A stretch of DNA of 33,761 nt, taken from the sequence record SRR22947727_4286; one strand, written 5' to 3'. The notes beneath the pieces are model-generated. The model made no database searches and was not told the DNA's origin. It saw only the letters and a list, made by a program, of their open reading frames with translations. Below are positions 17,668-27,180 of the stretch, piece by piece. The stretch's first letter is position 1. Each line of letters starts with the position of its first letter. The position numbers and the translations under genes are program-made.

Positions 17668-18313
17668 AAATTTGCGCATCCTGCGCGAGATTGCTGTAAC
17701 CGAAGGTGCACTCAATGGGGTGGGTGACCTGATCGACAACTTCCTCGACAGTGAGGCCATGGACGTTTCGATCGCGCGCTTTAAGGCCTTACCTGGCGGT
17801 GCCGAGATGATGGACCAGCGCTTCCCAGCCTTTCAACCAAACATTGAAACGCTGGAGTTGCTTCCGGAAGGAACACTGGGCCAGGCCTATGCGGGAATGA
17901 TTCGCCGCTTGAATTACGACGCCGACTTTTTTCGTCCTCGAGACACGAGCACAGAAGCCCTTTGGCTCACCCAACGCATCGCTACCACCCACGACATCCA
18001 TCATGTGATCGCTGGGCTCAACACCCAAGCGCAAGGGGAGTCGGCCGTGTTGGCGATCACCGCCACCCAGATTGGCTTCCCCGCTTATGTGCTCCTCAAT
18101 CTTCTGGCGAGCTTTAAGGCTTTCCGTTTTCAACCCACTGACCACGAAGCGATCAGTCGCGCCATTGCGCACGGACAGCGCGTCGGCCTGCAGGCCAAGC
18201 CCCTCGTCTTACAGCGCTGGGAGGAAGGCTGGGAGAAACCGCTGAGCCAATGGAGAGAGGAACTGGCCATCCCGATGGCCACAGGCGAGACTTTCAGCGC
18301 GACCTATGAGTAA
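17633..18313 (+). CDS. Coq4 family protein
   Basis: L..LPEGTLG.AY, HDIHH-x11-E metal motif, G..AKPL...RWE..WE.PL...R.EL. Confidence 0.88.
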   Translation: MPRTRELLRSIKNLRILREIAVTEGALNGVGDLIDNFLDSEAMDVSIARFKALPGGAEMMDQRFPAFQPNIETLELLPEGTLGQAYAGMIRRLNYDADFFRPRDTSTEALWLTQRIATTHDIHHVIAGLNTQAQGESAVLAITATQIGFPAYVLLNLLASFKAFRFQPTDHEAISRAIAHGQRVGLQAKPLVLQRWEEGWEKPLSQWREELAIPMATGETFSATYE

Positions 18314-18686
18314 GCCGATGATGCCCCGCAAACATTTGCTCTGGATCAGCCTTGGTTTGATGCTGAGTCAGGCGATCCTTTGGAGTAGCGCACAAGCCCA
18401 GACCGACCAAACGTCCGAGCAAGACATGCGCCGAGCACTCGTGGGGCAATCGGCTTACGCAGCCTGCAAAGTGCTGCACGCGGACTACAGCCAAGAGCGC
18501 GCTGATCTAATCGTGGAAGCAGCGATTAAAAATAACAACTGGGAGTCGCAAAAGGGCTGGCTAAAGTCTTCCCAAGCCATGCAAACCATCCAGCTGGTGA
18601 GTGAAGCGATGAACCAAGAGTGCACAGATTTCAACCAAAACAGCACAAAATTCGTTCCGGCCATGAAAGCCATTGAGGCTCTTTGA
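18306..18686 (+). CDS. Hypothetical secreted protein
   Basis: Signal peptide ending SAQA and two Cys. Its start overlaps the Coq4 stop. Confidence 0.75.
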   Translation: MSKPMMPRKHLLWISLGLMLSQAILWSSAQAQTDQTSEQDMRRALVGQSAYAACKVLHADYSQERADLIVEAAIKNNNWESQKGWLKSSQAMQTIQLVSEAMNQECTDFNQNSTKFVPAMKAIEAL

Positions 18687-18855
18687 CTAAAAAACAATAA
18701 AATGATTATCAATTCAGAAAGCGATAATCTTTAGTCCTCTAACTGCTTTCAAGTGTCGCTCTAACTATTTACTTTCTATAGCGAATTTTTTAAAACTATC
18801 GCATTACTAGATAGAAGCTCTAATCTAAACTCTAATAATAAAAATTCTCAATCCG

Positions 18856-19947
18856 TTAAACATTAAACAAAAATTCCATCACATCACCTTCGTCGACGAG
18901 ATAATCCTTGCCTTCACTACGCAACCAACCCTTATTCCGAGCCTCTGAAAGGGAGCCAGCCTCCAGCAACTTCTCCCAACCAATGGTTTGTGCACGGATG
19001 AATCCACGCTCAAAATCAGTGTGAATCACCCCTGCCGTTTGCGGTGCAGTCATCCCGGCACGGAATGTCCAAGCCCGCGTTTCTTTTTCACCAGTTGTGA
19101 AATAAGTCCGCAAACCTAATAAACGATAGGTGGCGCGAATGAGACTACGCAAGCCTCCTTCACTCACACCAAGACCCTGCAAATAATCAGCACATTCTTC
19201 TTCGCCCAACTCAACCAACTCGGCCTCCACCTGCGCTGAAATGCGCACGGACTCAGCACCTTCTTTCTCTGCAAGGGCCGCAACCTCTTCGCAGTAGCCA
19301 TTACCCGCAGCCAAGTCGTCTTCGCTCACATTGGTGGCATAAATGATTGGCTTGGCAGTGAGCAGTCCAAGCGGCTTAATCATCAGGGCTTCTTCATCGC
19401 TCAGCTCGATGCTGCGCGCTGCACCACCGGCTTCGAGCACCTCTTGGATGCGCGCAAGCGCCTCATCTTCGACCTGCGCTTCCTTGCTCGTACGCATTTG
19501 CTTCTTCAGCCGCTCACGCCGCTTCTCGATCTGAGAAAGATCGGCCAAGCCAAGTTCAAGATTGATCACCTCGGCATCGCGAGCAGGACCCACCGACCCA
19601 GACACATGAATCACATCGTCGTCTTCAAAGCAACGCACCACGTGAACAATCGCGTCGACCTCACGAATGTTGGAGAGGAACTTATTGCCCAAGCCTTCGC
19701 CTTGACTGGCACCCTTCACCAAACCGGCGATATCAACGAACTCCATCCGTGTAGGGATCAGCTCTTTGCTCTTGCTGAGGTCGGAGAGCTTCTGGAGGCG
19801 GTCATCGGGAACCGCCACCGTGCCCACATTCGGCTCAATCGTGCAGAACGGAAAGTTCGCAGCCTGAGCCTGCGCGTTAGCCACGAGGGCATTGAACAAG
19901 GTGGATTTGCCAACGTTGGGCAATCCGACGATTCCAGCTTTAAGCAT
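18856..19947 (-). CDS. ychF: Redox-regulated ribosome-binding ATPase YchF
   Basis: GIVGLPNVGKSTLFN, NFPFCTIEPN, DIAGLVKGAS.GEGLGNKFL, HTDFERGFIRA and EGKDY.V..GDV. Confidence 0.98.
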   Translation of the reverse strand: MLKAGIVGLPNVGKSTLFNALVANAQAQAANFPFCTIEPNVGTVAVPDDRLQKLSDLSKSKELIPTRMEFVDIAGLVKGASQGEGLGNKFLSNIREVDAIVHVVRCFEDDDVIHVSGSVGPARDAEVINLELGLADLSQIEKRRERLKKQMRTSKEAQVEDEALARIQEVLEAGGAARSIELSDEEALMIKPLGLLTAKPIIYATNVSEDDLAAGNGYCEEVAALAEKEGAESVRISAQVEAELVELGEEECADYLQGLGVSEGGLRSLIRATYRLLGLRTYFTTGEKETRAWTFRAGMTAPQTAGVIHTDFERGFIRAQTIGWEKLLEAGSLSEARNKGWLRSEGKDYLVDEGDVMEFLFNV

Positions 19948-20115
19948 GTAGGCAAATCTATCCACCGACCCTCAACTGCCCCTTCGCCCGGCAACCTCAC
20001 TAAAAGCACGATTACGTATCAGAACCGTTACGGCAACGTGCAAATTTCCAACTGGTTCGTCGATTCTTCAGGACACAAGCGAGACTATGTGTGAAGTTCT
20101 GATACAGGCGCTGTC

Positions 20116-21291
20116 ATGGTCAGCCAACAACGGCAAACCCCATTACTCGCCAAGGACCATGACTTGACCTCTCTTACTCGCCTCAGCGGAGATCGACGAC
20201 GACGCAAACGCCTTGTCATCGCTGGCGTGGCTGCAGCAGTTCTGGGTGGCGGCAGTTTGATTTGGATGCTGACCAGCACCCGCAGCGGAGGTCGCGACCT
20301 ATCCGACTACACCGTTCAAGCCACCCGCGGCTCGCTCCCTGGTGTGGTCACTGCTAGCGGCGAGTTAGAAGCGATTCGCCGCGTCAACGTGAGCCCAAGA
20401 CGGCAAGGCTTGCTCGAAGCCTTGCTCGTTGACGAAGGAGCCCGCGTCGAGAAAGGGCAGGTGCTCGCCCGCATGGACCGGGGTGACTTTCAAGACCGTC
20501 TCGATGAACTCCAAGCTTTGGCACGTCAAGCCAAAGCCGACTACGAAGCCAAGGCTGCTGACTACAAACGACGTCGGACGTTATTTACCAGTGGCGTGAT
20601 TAGCGCCGAAGACCGGGACGACTATCGAGCCCGCTACCTCAGCAGCAAAGCCACCTTTGAAGCGGCCCAGGAAAGAATCCAACAACGAGATATAGAAGGA
20701 GGCGAACTATTAATCAGAGCACCCTTCAGCGGAGTGATCACTGAGCGCTATGCCGAACCAGGCTCCTTTGTGACACCAACCACTGCTGCATCCTCCTCAG
20801 CAGGCGCCACCAGCTCCTCGATTGTTGAGCTCTCCGAGGGCCTTGAAGTCACGGCAAAAGTGCCCGAAAGCGATATCGGCCGGATCAAAATCGGGCAAGT
20901 CGCAAACGTGCGCGTTGATGCATTCCCTGATCAAAGCTTTGCCGCTGAAGTGCGCGACATCGCACCGCGCGCTGAGAAAACCAACAACGTGATCTCCTTC
21001 GAGGTGGAACTCACCCTTCTCAATCCACCGCCGATCCTGCGCATCGGCATGACGGCAGACGTGAACTTTCAAACCGGACGCACCGCCGCGAGCACCTTGG
21101 TCCCAACCGTGGCGATCGTGACGGAAGACGGCAAACCAGGGGTGTTGCTGGTGGGCAAGAACGATCAACCCACATTCAAGTCGATCGAACTTGGCGCTAG
21201 CGGCGGCAGCCAAAGTGCGATTCTCTCCGGAGTGGAACCGGGAACGCAGGTGTTCATCGACTTGCCGCCCTGGGCGAAACAACGCGACTAA
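20116..21291 (+). CDS. Efflux RND/HlyD-family periplasmic adaptor subunit
   Basis: N-terminal TM, lipoyl halves (V.EG..V.KGQVLA; IRAPFSG.I), coiled coil, V.ESDIG.I..GQ and LR.GMT. Confidence 0.92.
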   Translation: MVSQQRQTPLLAKDHDLTSLTRLSGDRRRRKRLVIAGVAAAVLGGGSLIWMLTSTRSGGRDLSDYTVQATRGSLPGVVTASGELEAIRRVNVSPRRQGLLEALLVDEGARVEKGQVLARMDRGDFQDRLDELQALARQAKADYEAKAADYKRRRTLFTSGVISAEDRDDYRARYLSSKATFEAAQERIQQRDIEGGELLIRAPFSGVITERYAEPGSFVTPTTAASSSAGATSSSIVELSEGLEVTAKVPESDIGRIKIGQVANVRVDAFPDQSFAAEVRDIAPRAEKTNNVISFEVELTLLNPPPILRIGMTADVNFQTGRTAASTLVPTVAIVTEDGKPGVLLVGKNDQPTFKSIELGASGGSQSAILSGVEPGTQVFIDLPPWAKQRD

Positions 21292-21315
21292 TCCTGACCA
21301 CCCCTGCCGAAACCC

Positions 21316-24309
21316 ATGAGCCCCACCTCCGATCAACCCCTGCTTCTGCTGGTGGACGGACACTCACTGGCGTTCCGCAGTTTTTACGCCTTCAGCAAAG
21401 GCGGTGAGGGTGGACTGGCCACCAAAGACGGAATTCCTACGAGCGTCACCTATGGGTTCCTCAAGGCCCTGCTCGATAACTGCAAAGGGCTGAAGCCCAA
21501 CAGCGTGACGATCGCCTTCGATACAGCTGAACCCACCTTCCGCCATAAGGCCGACCCCAACTACAAAGCCCATCGCGACGTCGCTCCCGACCACTTCTTC
21601 CAAGACCTGAGGCAGCTTCAAGAGATTCTGAAGACGCAGCTGCAACTTCCTCTCTGTCTGGCCCCGGGCTTTGAAGCCGACGATGTGCTCGGCACCCTGG
21701 CCAACCGGGCAGCTGCAGATGGATGGAGCGTGCGCATTCTGAGCGGCGATCGCGACCTCTTCCAACTGGTGGACGACAGCCGCAACATCGCTGTCCTTTA
21801 TATGGGCGGCGGTCCCTATGCCAAAAGCAGTGGCCCCACCTTGATCGATGAAGCCGGCGTGCAAGCCAAGCTCGGCGTGGCTCCCACCAAGGTGGTTGAA
21901 CTCAAGGCTCTCACCGGCGATAGCTCCGACAACATCCCTGGCGTGAAGGGAGTGGGTCCCAAAACAGCGATCAGCCTGCTGAAAGACAACGACGATCTCG
22001 ATGGGGTGTACAGAGCCCTAGCCGAGGTGGAAGCAGAGGGGCCAAAAGCCAGTCGTGGCGCCATCAAAGGTGCACTGAAAGCCAAGCTTGCTAACGACAA
22101 AGACAATGCCTACCTGTCACGGCACCTGGCTGAAATTCTGGTGGACATTCCGCTACCAGAGGAGCCCAAACTCGACCTGGGCAGCGTTGATGGCGATGGC
22201 CTGAGTCAGCGCCTAGAGGAACTCGAGCTGAACAGCCTGATCCGTCAGGTCCCCAACTTTGTGGCCACCTTTTCCAGTGGTGGTTTAGCGGCTAACGCCC
22301 ATCTCCTCACCAAAGCAGAGGAGCCAGGCCCCGCCAAAGCTGAAGCCACAACATCAGCTCAACCATCAGGGCCCGAGGCGGCATCAGAGGCTGAATCTGA
22401 GGCAACGTCCAGCCAAACCCAACCGGTCTTACATCCCGGGCTCGTTCAAACCCTTGATCAACTCAAGGAACTGATCACGCAGTTAATGAACTGCCGTGAT
22501 CCCCTAGCCCCCGTTGCCCTCGACACGGAAACCACCGATCTCAATCCATTCCGCGCTCAGCTCGTTGGCATTGGCGTTTGTTGGGGACCTAACACTGACG
22601 ATTTGGCCTACATCCCGGTGAGTCATCGGGGCGATCCCAGCCCAGAGCAATTGCCACTGGAAACGGTGCTGCAAGCCTTTGCTCCTTGGTTGGCCAGTGG
22701 CGAGCACCCAAAAGCCCTTCAAAACGCCAAATACGACCGTTTGATTCTGTTGCGTCATGGCTTACCGCTTGCTGGTGTCGTCATGGACACCCTGCTGGCC
22801 GATTACCTCAGGGATGCGGCTGCGAAACATGGCCTGGATGTGATGGCCGAGCGGGATTACGGCATTCGTCCCACCCTGTTCAGTGATCTGGTGGGCAAAG
22901 CCAAAGACGGCAAGGCCAGCAATTTCTCCGAGGTGCCCCTGGAACAAGCCGCTCAGTACTGCGGCATGGATGTGCATCTCACCCGCAAACTGGCGATCGA
23001 CCTCAACAAACAACTCGAGGACTTAGGCCCCCAACTTCCAAACTTGCTCAGCAAGGTGGAGCTGCCCCTTGAACCCGTGCTGGCGGTGATGGAGGCCACA
23101 GGGATTCGCATCGACGTGCCCTACCTAGCGGGTCTCTCCTCAGAGATCGGTGCCACTCTCGAACAACTGGAATCGAAAGCAAAAGACGTTGCAGAGGTGG
23201 ATTTCAACCTCGCCTCCCCGAAGCAACTCGGTGAACTGCTGTTCAACACCCTCGGGCTGGACCGCAAAAAATCACGTCGCACCAAAACCGGATACAGCAC
23301 CGATGCCACCGTGCTCGAGAAGCTGGAACACGATCACCCCGTTGTGCCCCTGGTGCTTGAACATCGGGTGCTGAGCAAATTAAAAAGCACCTATGTGGAT
23401 GCCTTGCCGCAACTAGTAGAAGCGGAAACCGGACGGGTCCACACCGATTTCAACCAGGCGGTGACCGCGACTGGCCGGCTGAGCAGCAGCAATCCCAACC
23501 TGCAGAACATTCCTGTTCGGACCGAATTTTCCAGAAGAATTCGTAAGGCCTTTCTGCCCCAAGACGGCTGGAAATTGCTCAGCGCTGATTATTCCCAAAT
23601 CGAACTTCGCATCCTCACGCACCTATCCGGGGAAGAGGTCCTGCAACAGGCCTATCGCGATGGAGACGACGTGCATGCCCTCACCGCTCGCTTGCTTCTC
23701 GATAAAGACGAGGTCTCGTCAGACGAACGACGGCTAGGCAAAACCATCAATTTCGGCGTGATTTATGGCATGGGTGCCCAACGGTTCGCGCGCGAAACAG
23801 GTGTAAGCCAAAGCGAGGCCAAAGACTTTTTAAGCAAATACAAACAGCGCTATCCCAAGGTGTTCGCTTTCCTTGAACTTCAAGAACGTCTTGCCCTCAG
23901 TCAGGGCTATGTGGAAACCATTTTGGGACGCAGGCGTCCTTTCCACTTCGACCGCAATGGGCTCGGCCGCCTCAGCGGCATGGACCCACTCGAGATCAAT
24001 TTGGAAGTAGCAAGACGCGGCGGGATGGAAGCGCAACAACTTCGGGCCGCGGCCAATGCTCCGATCCAGGGTTCGAGTGCCGACATCATCAAGCTGGCGA
24101 TGGTGCAGCTTCAAGCACAGCTGGAAAGCAAACATTTGCCAGCCAGACTTCTTCTACAAGTTCATGATGAACTCGTGCTCGAAACGCAACCCGATGCACT
24201 TGCCGATGTTGAGCAACTCGTGGTGCAAACCATGAAAAACGCCATCCAGCTGTCTGTTCCCTTAGAAGTTGAAACAGGACGTGGAGACAATTGGATGGAA
24301 TGCAAATAA
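21316..24309 (+). CDS. polA: DNA polymerase I
   Basis: 5'-3' exonuclease (LVDGHSLAFR, GDSSDNIPGV), 3'-5' exonuclease (DTETT) and polymerase motifs (TGRLSS..PNLQNIP, DYSQIELR, K.INFG..YG, QVHDE). Confidence 0.98.
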   Translation: MSPTSDQPLLLLVDGHSLAFRSFYAFSKGGEGGLATKDGIPTSVTYGFLKALLDNCKGLKPNSVTIAFDTAEPTFRHKADPNYKAHRDVAPDHFFQDLRQLQEILKTQLQLPLCLAPGFEADDVLGTLANRAAADGWSVRILSGDRDLFQLVDDSRNIAVLYMGGGPYAKSSGPTLIDEAGVQAKLGVAPTKVVELKALTGDSSDNIPGVKGVGPKTAISLLKDNDDLDGVYRALAEVEAEGPKASRGAIKGALKAKLANDKDNAYLSRHLAEILVDIPLPEEPKLDLGSVDGDGLSQRLEELELNSLIRQVPNFVATFSSGGLAANAHLLTKAEEPGPAKAEATTSAQPSGPEAASEAESEATSSQTQPVLHPGLVQTLDQLKELITQLMNCRDPLAPVALDTETTDLNPFRAQLVGIGVCWGPNTDDLAYIPVSHRGDPSPEQLPLETVLQAFAPWLASGEHPKALQNAKYDRLILLRHGLPLAGVVMDTLLADYLRDAAAKHGLDVMAERDYGIRPTLFSDLVGKAKDGKASNFSEVPLEQAAQYCGMDVHLTRKLAIDLNKQLEDLGPQLPNLLSKVELPLEPVLAVMEATGIRIDVPYLAGLSSEIGATLEQLESKAKDVAEVDFNLASPKQLGELLFNTLGLDRKKSRRTKTGYSTDATVLEKLEHDHPVVPLVLEHRVLSKLKSTYVDALPQLVEAETGRVHTDFNQAVTATGRLSSSNPNLQNIPVRTEFSRRIRKAFLPQDGWKLLSADYSQIELRILTHLSGEEVLQQAYRDGDDVHALTARLLLDKDEVSSDERRLGKTINFGVIYGMGAQRFARETGVSQSEAKDFLSKYKQRYPKVFAFLELQERLALSQGYVETILGRRRPFHFDRNGLGRLSGMDPLEINLEVARRGGMEAQQLRAAANAPIQGSSADIIKLAMVQLQAQLESKHLPARLLLQVHDELVLETQPDALADVEQLVVQTMKNAIQLSVPLEVETGRGDNWMECK

Positions 24310-24315
24310 GGATAG

Positions 24316-25560
24316 TTACGACATCACTTTGCTCAACTTAGGAGCGTTTTTCCATATCGCCGCCAATGCAATCATTGCAACTCCACCACAGGCAATCGCA
24401 AACTGAAAAGGTGCTTGCGCTCCAATCGAAGCAATGAGCTGACCACCAAAAAAGGAAACAATGGCAGCCGCAAGAGTAAAGAGTGAAGTTGCAAAACCCA
24501 TCACCCAGCCCTGCTCTTCTTTAGACACCGATTCGGAAAATCCTGTAAGCATGGTTGGGTAACCAATCCCATGCAAGAGACCGGAAGGCAACATGATTGC
24601 CAAGGCCAAGGACCCTGAAGAAACGAGTAGGAACGCAGACACACATCCACAAAACAGCAGCGTGCAGCTGGCCATGATGGTGCGTTTCGAAAATCGAGCA
24701 TTGAGGGGCTCAACAAGAAAGCTGCTCGATGCAATCAGTCCAACACCCATCAAAAACATTCCAACACTTGAGCCTGTCGCTCCATAGCCAAAGCGTGTGG
24801 ACAGGTTGGCTGACACAAACACATAAAGACCTAAGACGCACAACATATAGGGGAAAAATGCTGTTGCAACACGTCGAACCGAATCACGATTCAGGGCATC
24901 CGTTAACAACTTGAATACCACCAATGGATTGGCATCCATTGGACTTGCCTCTGTCTTGACATCTTCAAATCCAAAGAAAACAAGCATCAACCCCACAAAA
25001 CACAACAAGCCACCGATCAGAAATGGCAAGTGTGAGGATGCCAGGCCACCGAGAAGATCCTGGTCTGAGAAGACTCCTCCAATGATCGGTCCCACCACAA
25101 GACCAAAACTCATCCCAACGGTGGCCAATCCTAAATTTCGTGAGCTTTCACGATCACTTTTAGCAAGGTCAATCATCGCAGCAGCAGCAATGGGCTGAGC
25201 CCCAGCCGTAAAACCGGTAATCCCCCTAGAGACCACCAATAGGATGTAATTATGAGAAATTAGTGCCACAGCTGCGATTGCATAGCCAACAATCGCGCCA
25301 ACCAAACAAATCAGTATTCCCGGCTTGCGTCCAATACTGTCTGACAGCTTTGAAATATAAAGCGATCCGAAAAACCAGGTCAGAAAGAACGTTCCAATTG
25401 CAATTCCATAAAGAAGAGCACCCTGCGATTGAGAAACGCCAGCCTGAAGAAAGCCACCATTGGGCTGCATCAGCAAGGCGGCGAAAATAGGGAAAGCGAG
25501 CCCTTGACCCATCACATCAACAAAACAAGTAAACATCAATGCGAAGATCGCAAGTGACAT
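24316..25560 (-). CDS. MFS transporter, TetA/DHA1-like drug:H+ antiporter
   Basis: Asp in TM1 (FVDVMG), motif A (S.LSD.IGRK), SRGITG, G...GP.IGG motif C and 12 TMs. Strong SD AAGGAGG upstream. Confidence 0.9.
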   Translation of the reverse strand: MSLAIFALMFTCFVDVMGQGLAFPIFAALLMQPNGGFLQAGVSQSQGALLYGIAIGTFFLTWFFGSLYISKLSDSIGRKPGILICLVGAIVGYAIAAVALISHNYILLVVSRGITGFTAGAQPIAAAAMIDLAKSDRESSRNLGLATVGMSFGLVVGPIIGGVFSDQDLLGGLASSHLPFLIGGLLCFVGLMLVFFGFEDVKTEASPMDANPLVVFKLLTDALNRDSVRRVATAFFPYMLCVLGLYVFVSANLSTRFGYGATGSSVGMFLMGVGLIASSSFLVEPLNARFSKRTIMASCTLLFCGCVSAFLLVSSGSLALAIMLPSGLLHGIGYPTMLTGFSESVSKEEQGWVMGFATSLFTLAAAIVSFFGGQLIASIGAQAPFQFAIACGGVAMIALAAIWKNAPKLSKVMS

Positions 25561-25714
25561 TTAATCCGCCCTCCTTCAATTTACTTCTCTTGAAAAAATC
25601 AGCAAGGACATGATCAATACCAACGCCAAAGCAGATCACTGACATAAACCGTTGCCTCGATCATGGTTCGCAAGATCAACAAGGACTGGACTAATGATAG
25701 TGATCTATCAATAC

Positions 25715-25744
25715 TGACGATTCAGGCTTAGCCATGAATCGTCA
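25715..25744. promoter_or_regulatory. Perfect 10-bp inverted repeat (operator or hairpin) between divergent MFS genes
   Basis: TGACGATTCA-GGCTTAGCCA-TGAATCGTCA. A TGATAG-TGAT-CTATCA palindrome lies adjacent at 25695-25710. Confidence 0.55.
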
Positions 25745-25855
25745 TTCAATACATTGTCTTTTCCACGTAACAGCCTATAAGCCACTAAAAATAATTAGAT
25801 CATCTCCAGCAGGAGTCTGATCAATCCATTAGATTATTAACAGCTGAAAGCGAGA

Positions 25856-27043
25856 ATGAAACGCAAGTTTTTAGCTGCAATCGCAGGATCATCTGCCATG
25901 GGGATTGGGATCGGCTTGCATCGTTCTCAATTTGCTGTTCTAGGCGAACTCATGGCAACCAATGGCTGGTTTTCAAACAGCATGATTGGAACCTTAAGTG
26001 GAATCAGCCTTGCCGGTTTTGTCGTTGGCTGCATTCAGCAAAAGCAAATCAAAAGGGAAACGATCAATATCACTTGCATCCGCTATGGCCTTGCCATTGC
26101 TGTGATCACCTTCTTCCTTGAGCCCCTATCCAGTGGTCTTGGTTGGCAAGCTTTTTGGAGACTGATTTCTGGATGGTCCGCTGCTCAGCTCGTTGTTGGC
26201 ATCCCTGGCCTCGTCACACAACGGCTCCCGGTCCATGACCATCGTTTTTTGGTGGCTTGGACCATCGCAGGATCAGGAATTGCCGCTTTTATCGCATCAT
26301 TACTCGTGAGCATCTTCACCAGTGCATCCGTCATTGGCGCTTGGCTTATCACGGGAACATTCTCTGCTGTATTGGCATGGCCTATTGATCAATTTTTATC
26401 GTTAAGCAAGCGGGAGCTGCAACCAGCAAAGACAGCGATGCCAGATCTGGCTTGCAGCCCATCCAATCCGTCTGCAACGCAATGGAGCAGGCCTTTAAAG
26501 TTTTTAGCCGCTAGTGCTTTCTTTTTTGGAGCAGCACAAGCCGCTGTTGTTGTGTACTACCCACTCTTACTCATTGCCAAGTTCGACATTAGTCAGGCGC
26601 TTGTCCAACGCTCCTTTTCAAGCCTCGGCCTCGGTTATCTCATTGGCGCCATTGCCGTGGGCTTTTTACCCCATCGCTATACAACAGATGTATTGATGAC
26701 CATGAGTGCATCCATTGGAATCGCAGGAGTGTGGTTATGTGTGGTTAGCCCAAACTTACTTAGTGCTTCCCTCGGCGGGTTTTTATTCGGCCTATGGAAT
26801 GGAAGCATGATTTCGTTGTTACTAGATCGAATCAATCAATCCTCAGAAGCGCAACATGCACGAGTAACTTGGTCTCGATTCAGCATTATTTTAAGCACTG
26901 GATTCACCATAAGCATTACTTGCCTTTCGCCAATTTCTAATAACAACGTCGCGATGATTATATGGATTGGCCTGTGGTTAACGTTGATTCATCTCAGTTG
27001 TCAAGCCATGTCTAGATATTTGTTTTCACTTCGAACCCCCTAG
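25856..27043 (+). CDS. MFS transporter, YbfB/YjiJ-like
   Basis: About 12 TMs. The N-terminal AMGIG...R, M...GW, ..AG...G and WRLISG resemble the YbfB/YjiJ family. Confidence 0.8.
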   Translation: MKRKFLAAIAGSSAMGIGIGLHRSQFAVLGELMATNGWFSNSMIGTLSGISLAGFVVGCIQQKQIKRETINITCIRYGLAIAVITFFLEPLSSGLGWQAFWRLISGWSAAQLVVGIPGLVTQRLPVHDHRFLVAWTIAGSGIAAFIASLLVSIFTSASVIGAWLITGTFSAVLAWPIDQFLSLSKRELQPAKTAMPDLACSPSNPSATQWSRPLKFLAASAFFFGAAQAAVVVYYPLLLIAKFDISQALVQRSFSSLGLGYLIGAIAVGFLPHRYTTDVLMTMSASIGIAGVWLCVVSPNLLSASLGGFLFGLWNGSMISLLLDRINQSSEAQHARVTWSRFSIILSTGFTISITCLSPISNNNVAMIIWIGLWLTLIHLSCQAMSRYLFSLRTP

Positions 27044-27059
27044 TTCTACATTTTCCGAA

Positions 27060-27146
27060 GCCCGCCCTTCGATGATCTGAGCTCAAAAGCACAACACCAG
27101 CTCGGATCTACCATCGAAGAAAGGTTTTTGGTCTGCTTTGGCGGGC
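27060..27146 (+). other. Long nested stem-loop between the MFS gene and cysS
   Basis: Pairings GCCCGCC/GGCGGGC, CTTCGATG/CATCGAAG and ATCTGAGCT/AGCTCGGAT. Confidence 0.6.
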
Positions 27147-27180
27147 ATCAACCGCGATTTGATTCCCCTTTTTGAGCCTG

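Noticed and set aside
18697..18717. Fur/Zur-like box AAATGATTATCAATT
   Set aside because: It lies between convergent genes in very AT-rich DNA where such matches are expected.
19444..21864. Long antisense ORFs (19444..20094, 20797..21363, 21364..21864; likewise 10550..11083, and the same-strand alternative-frame ORF 17013..17621)
   Set aside because: They are shadow frames of well-supported GC-rich core genes.
22300..22430. Ala/Glu/Ser/Pro-rich stretch in PolA as an intein or insertion element
   Set aside because: It is a low-complexity interdomain linker with no intein splice motifs.
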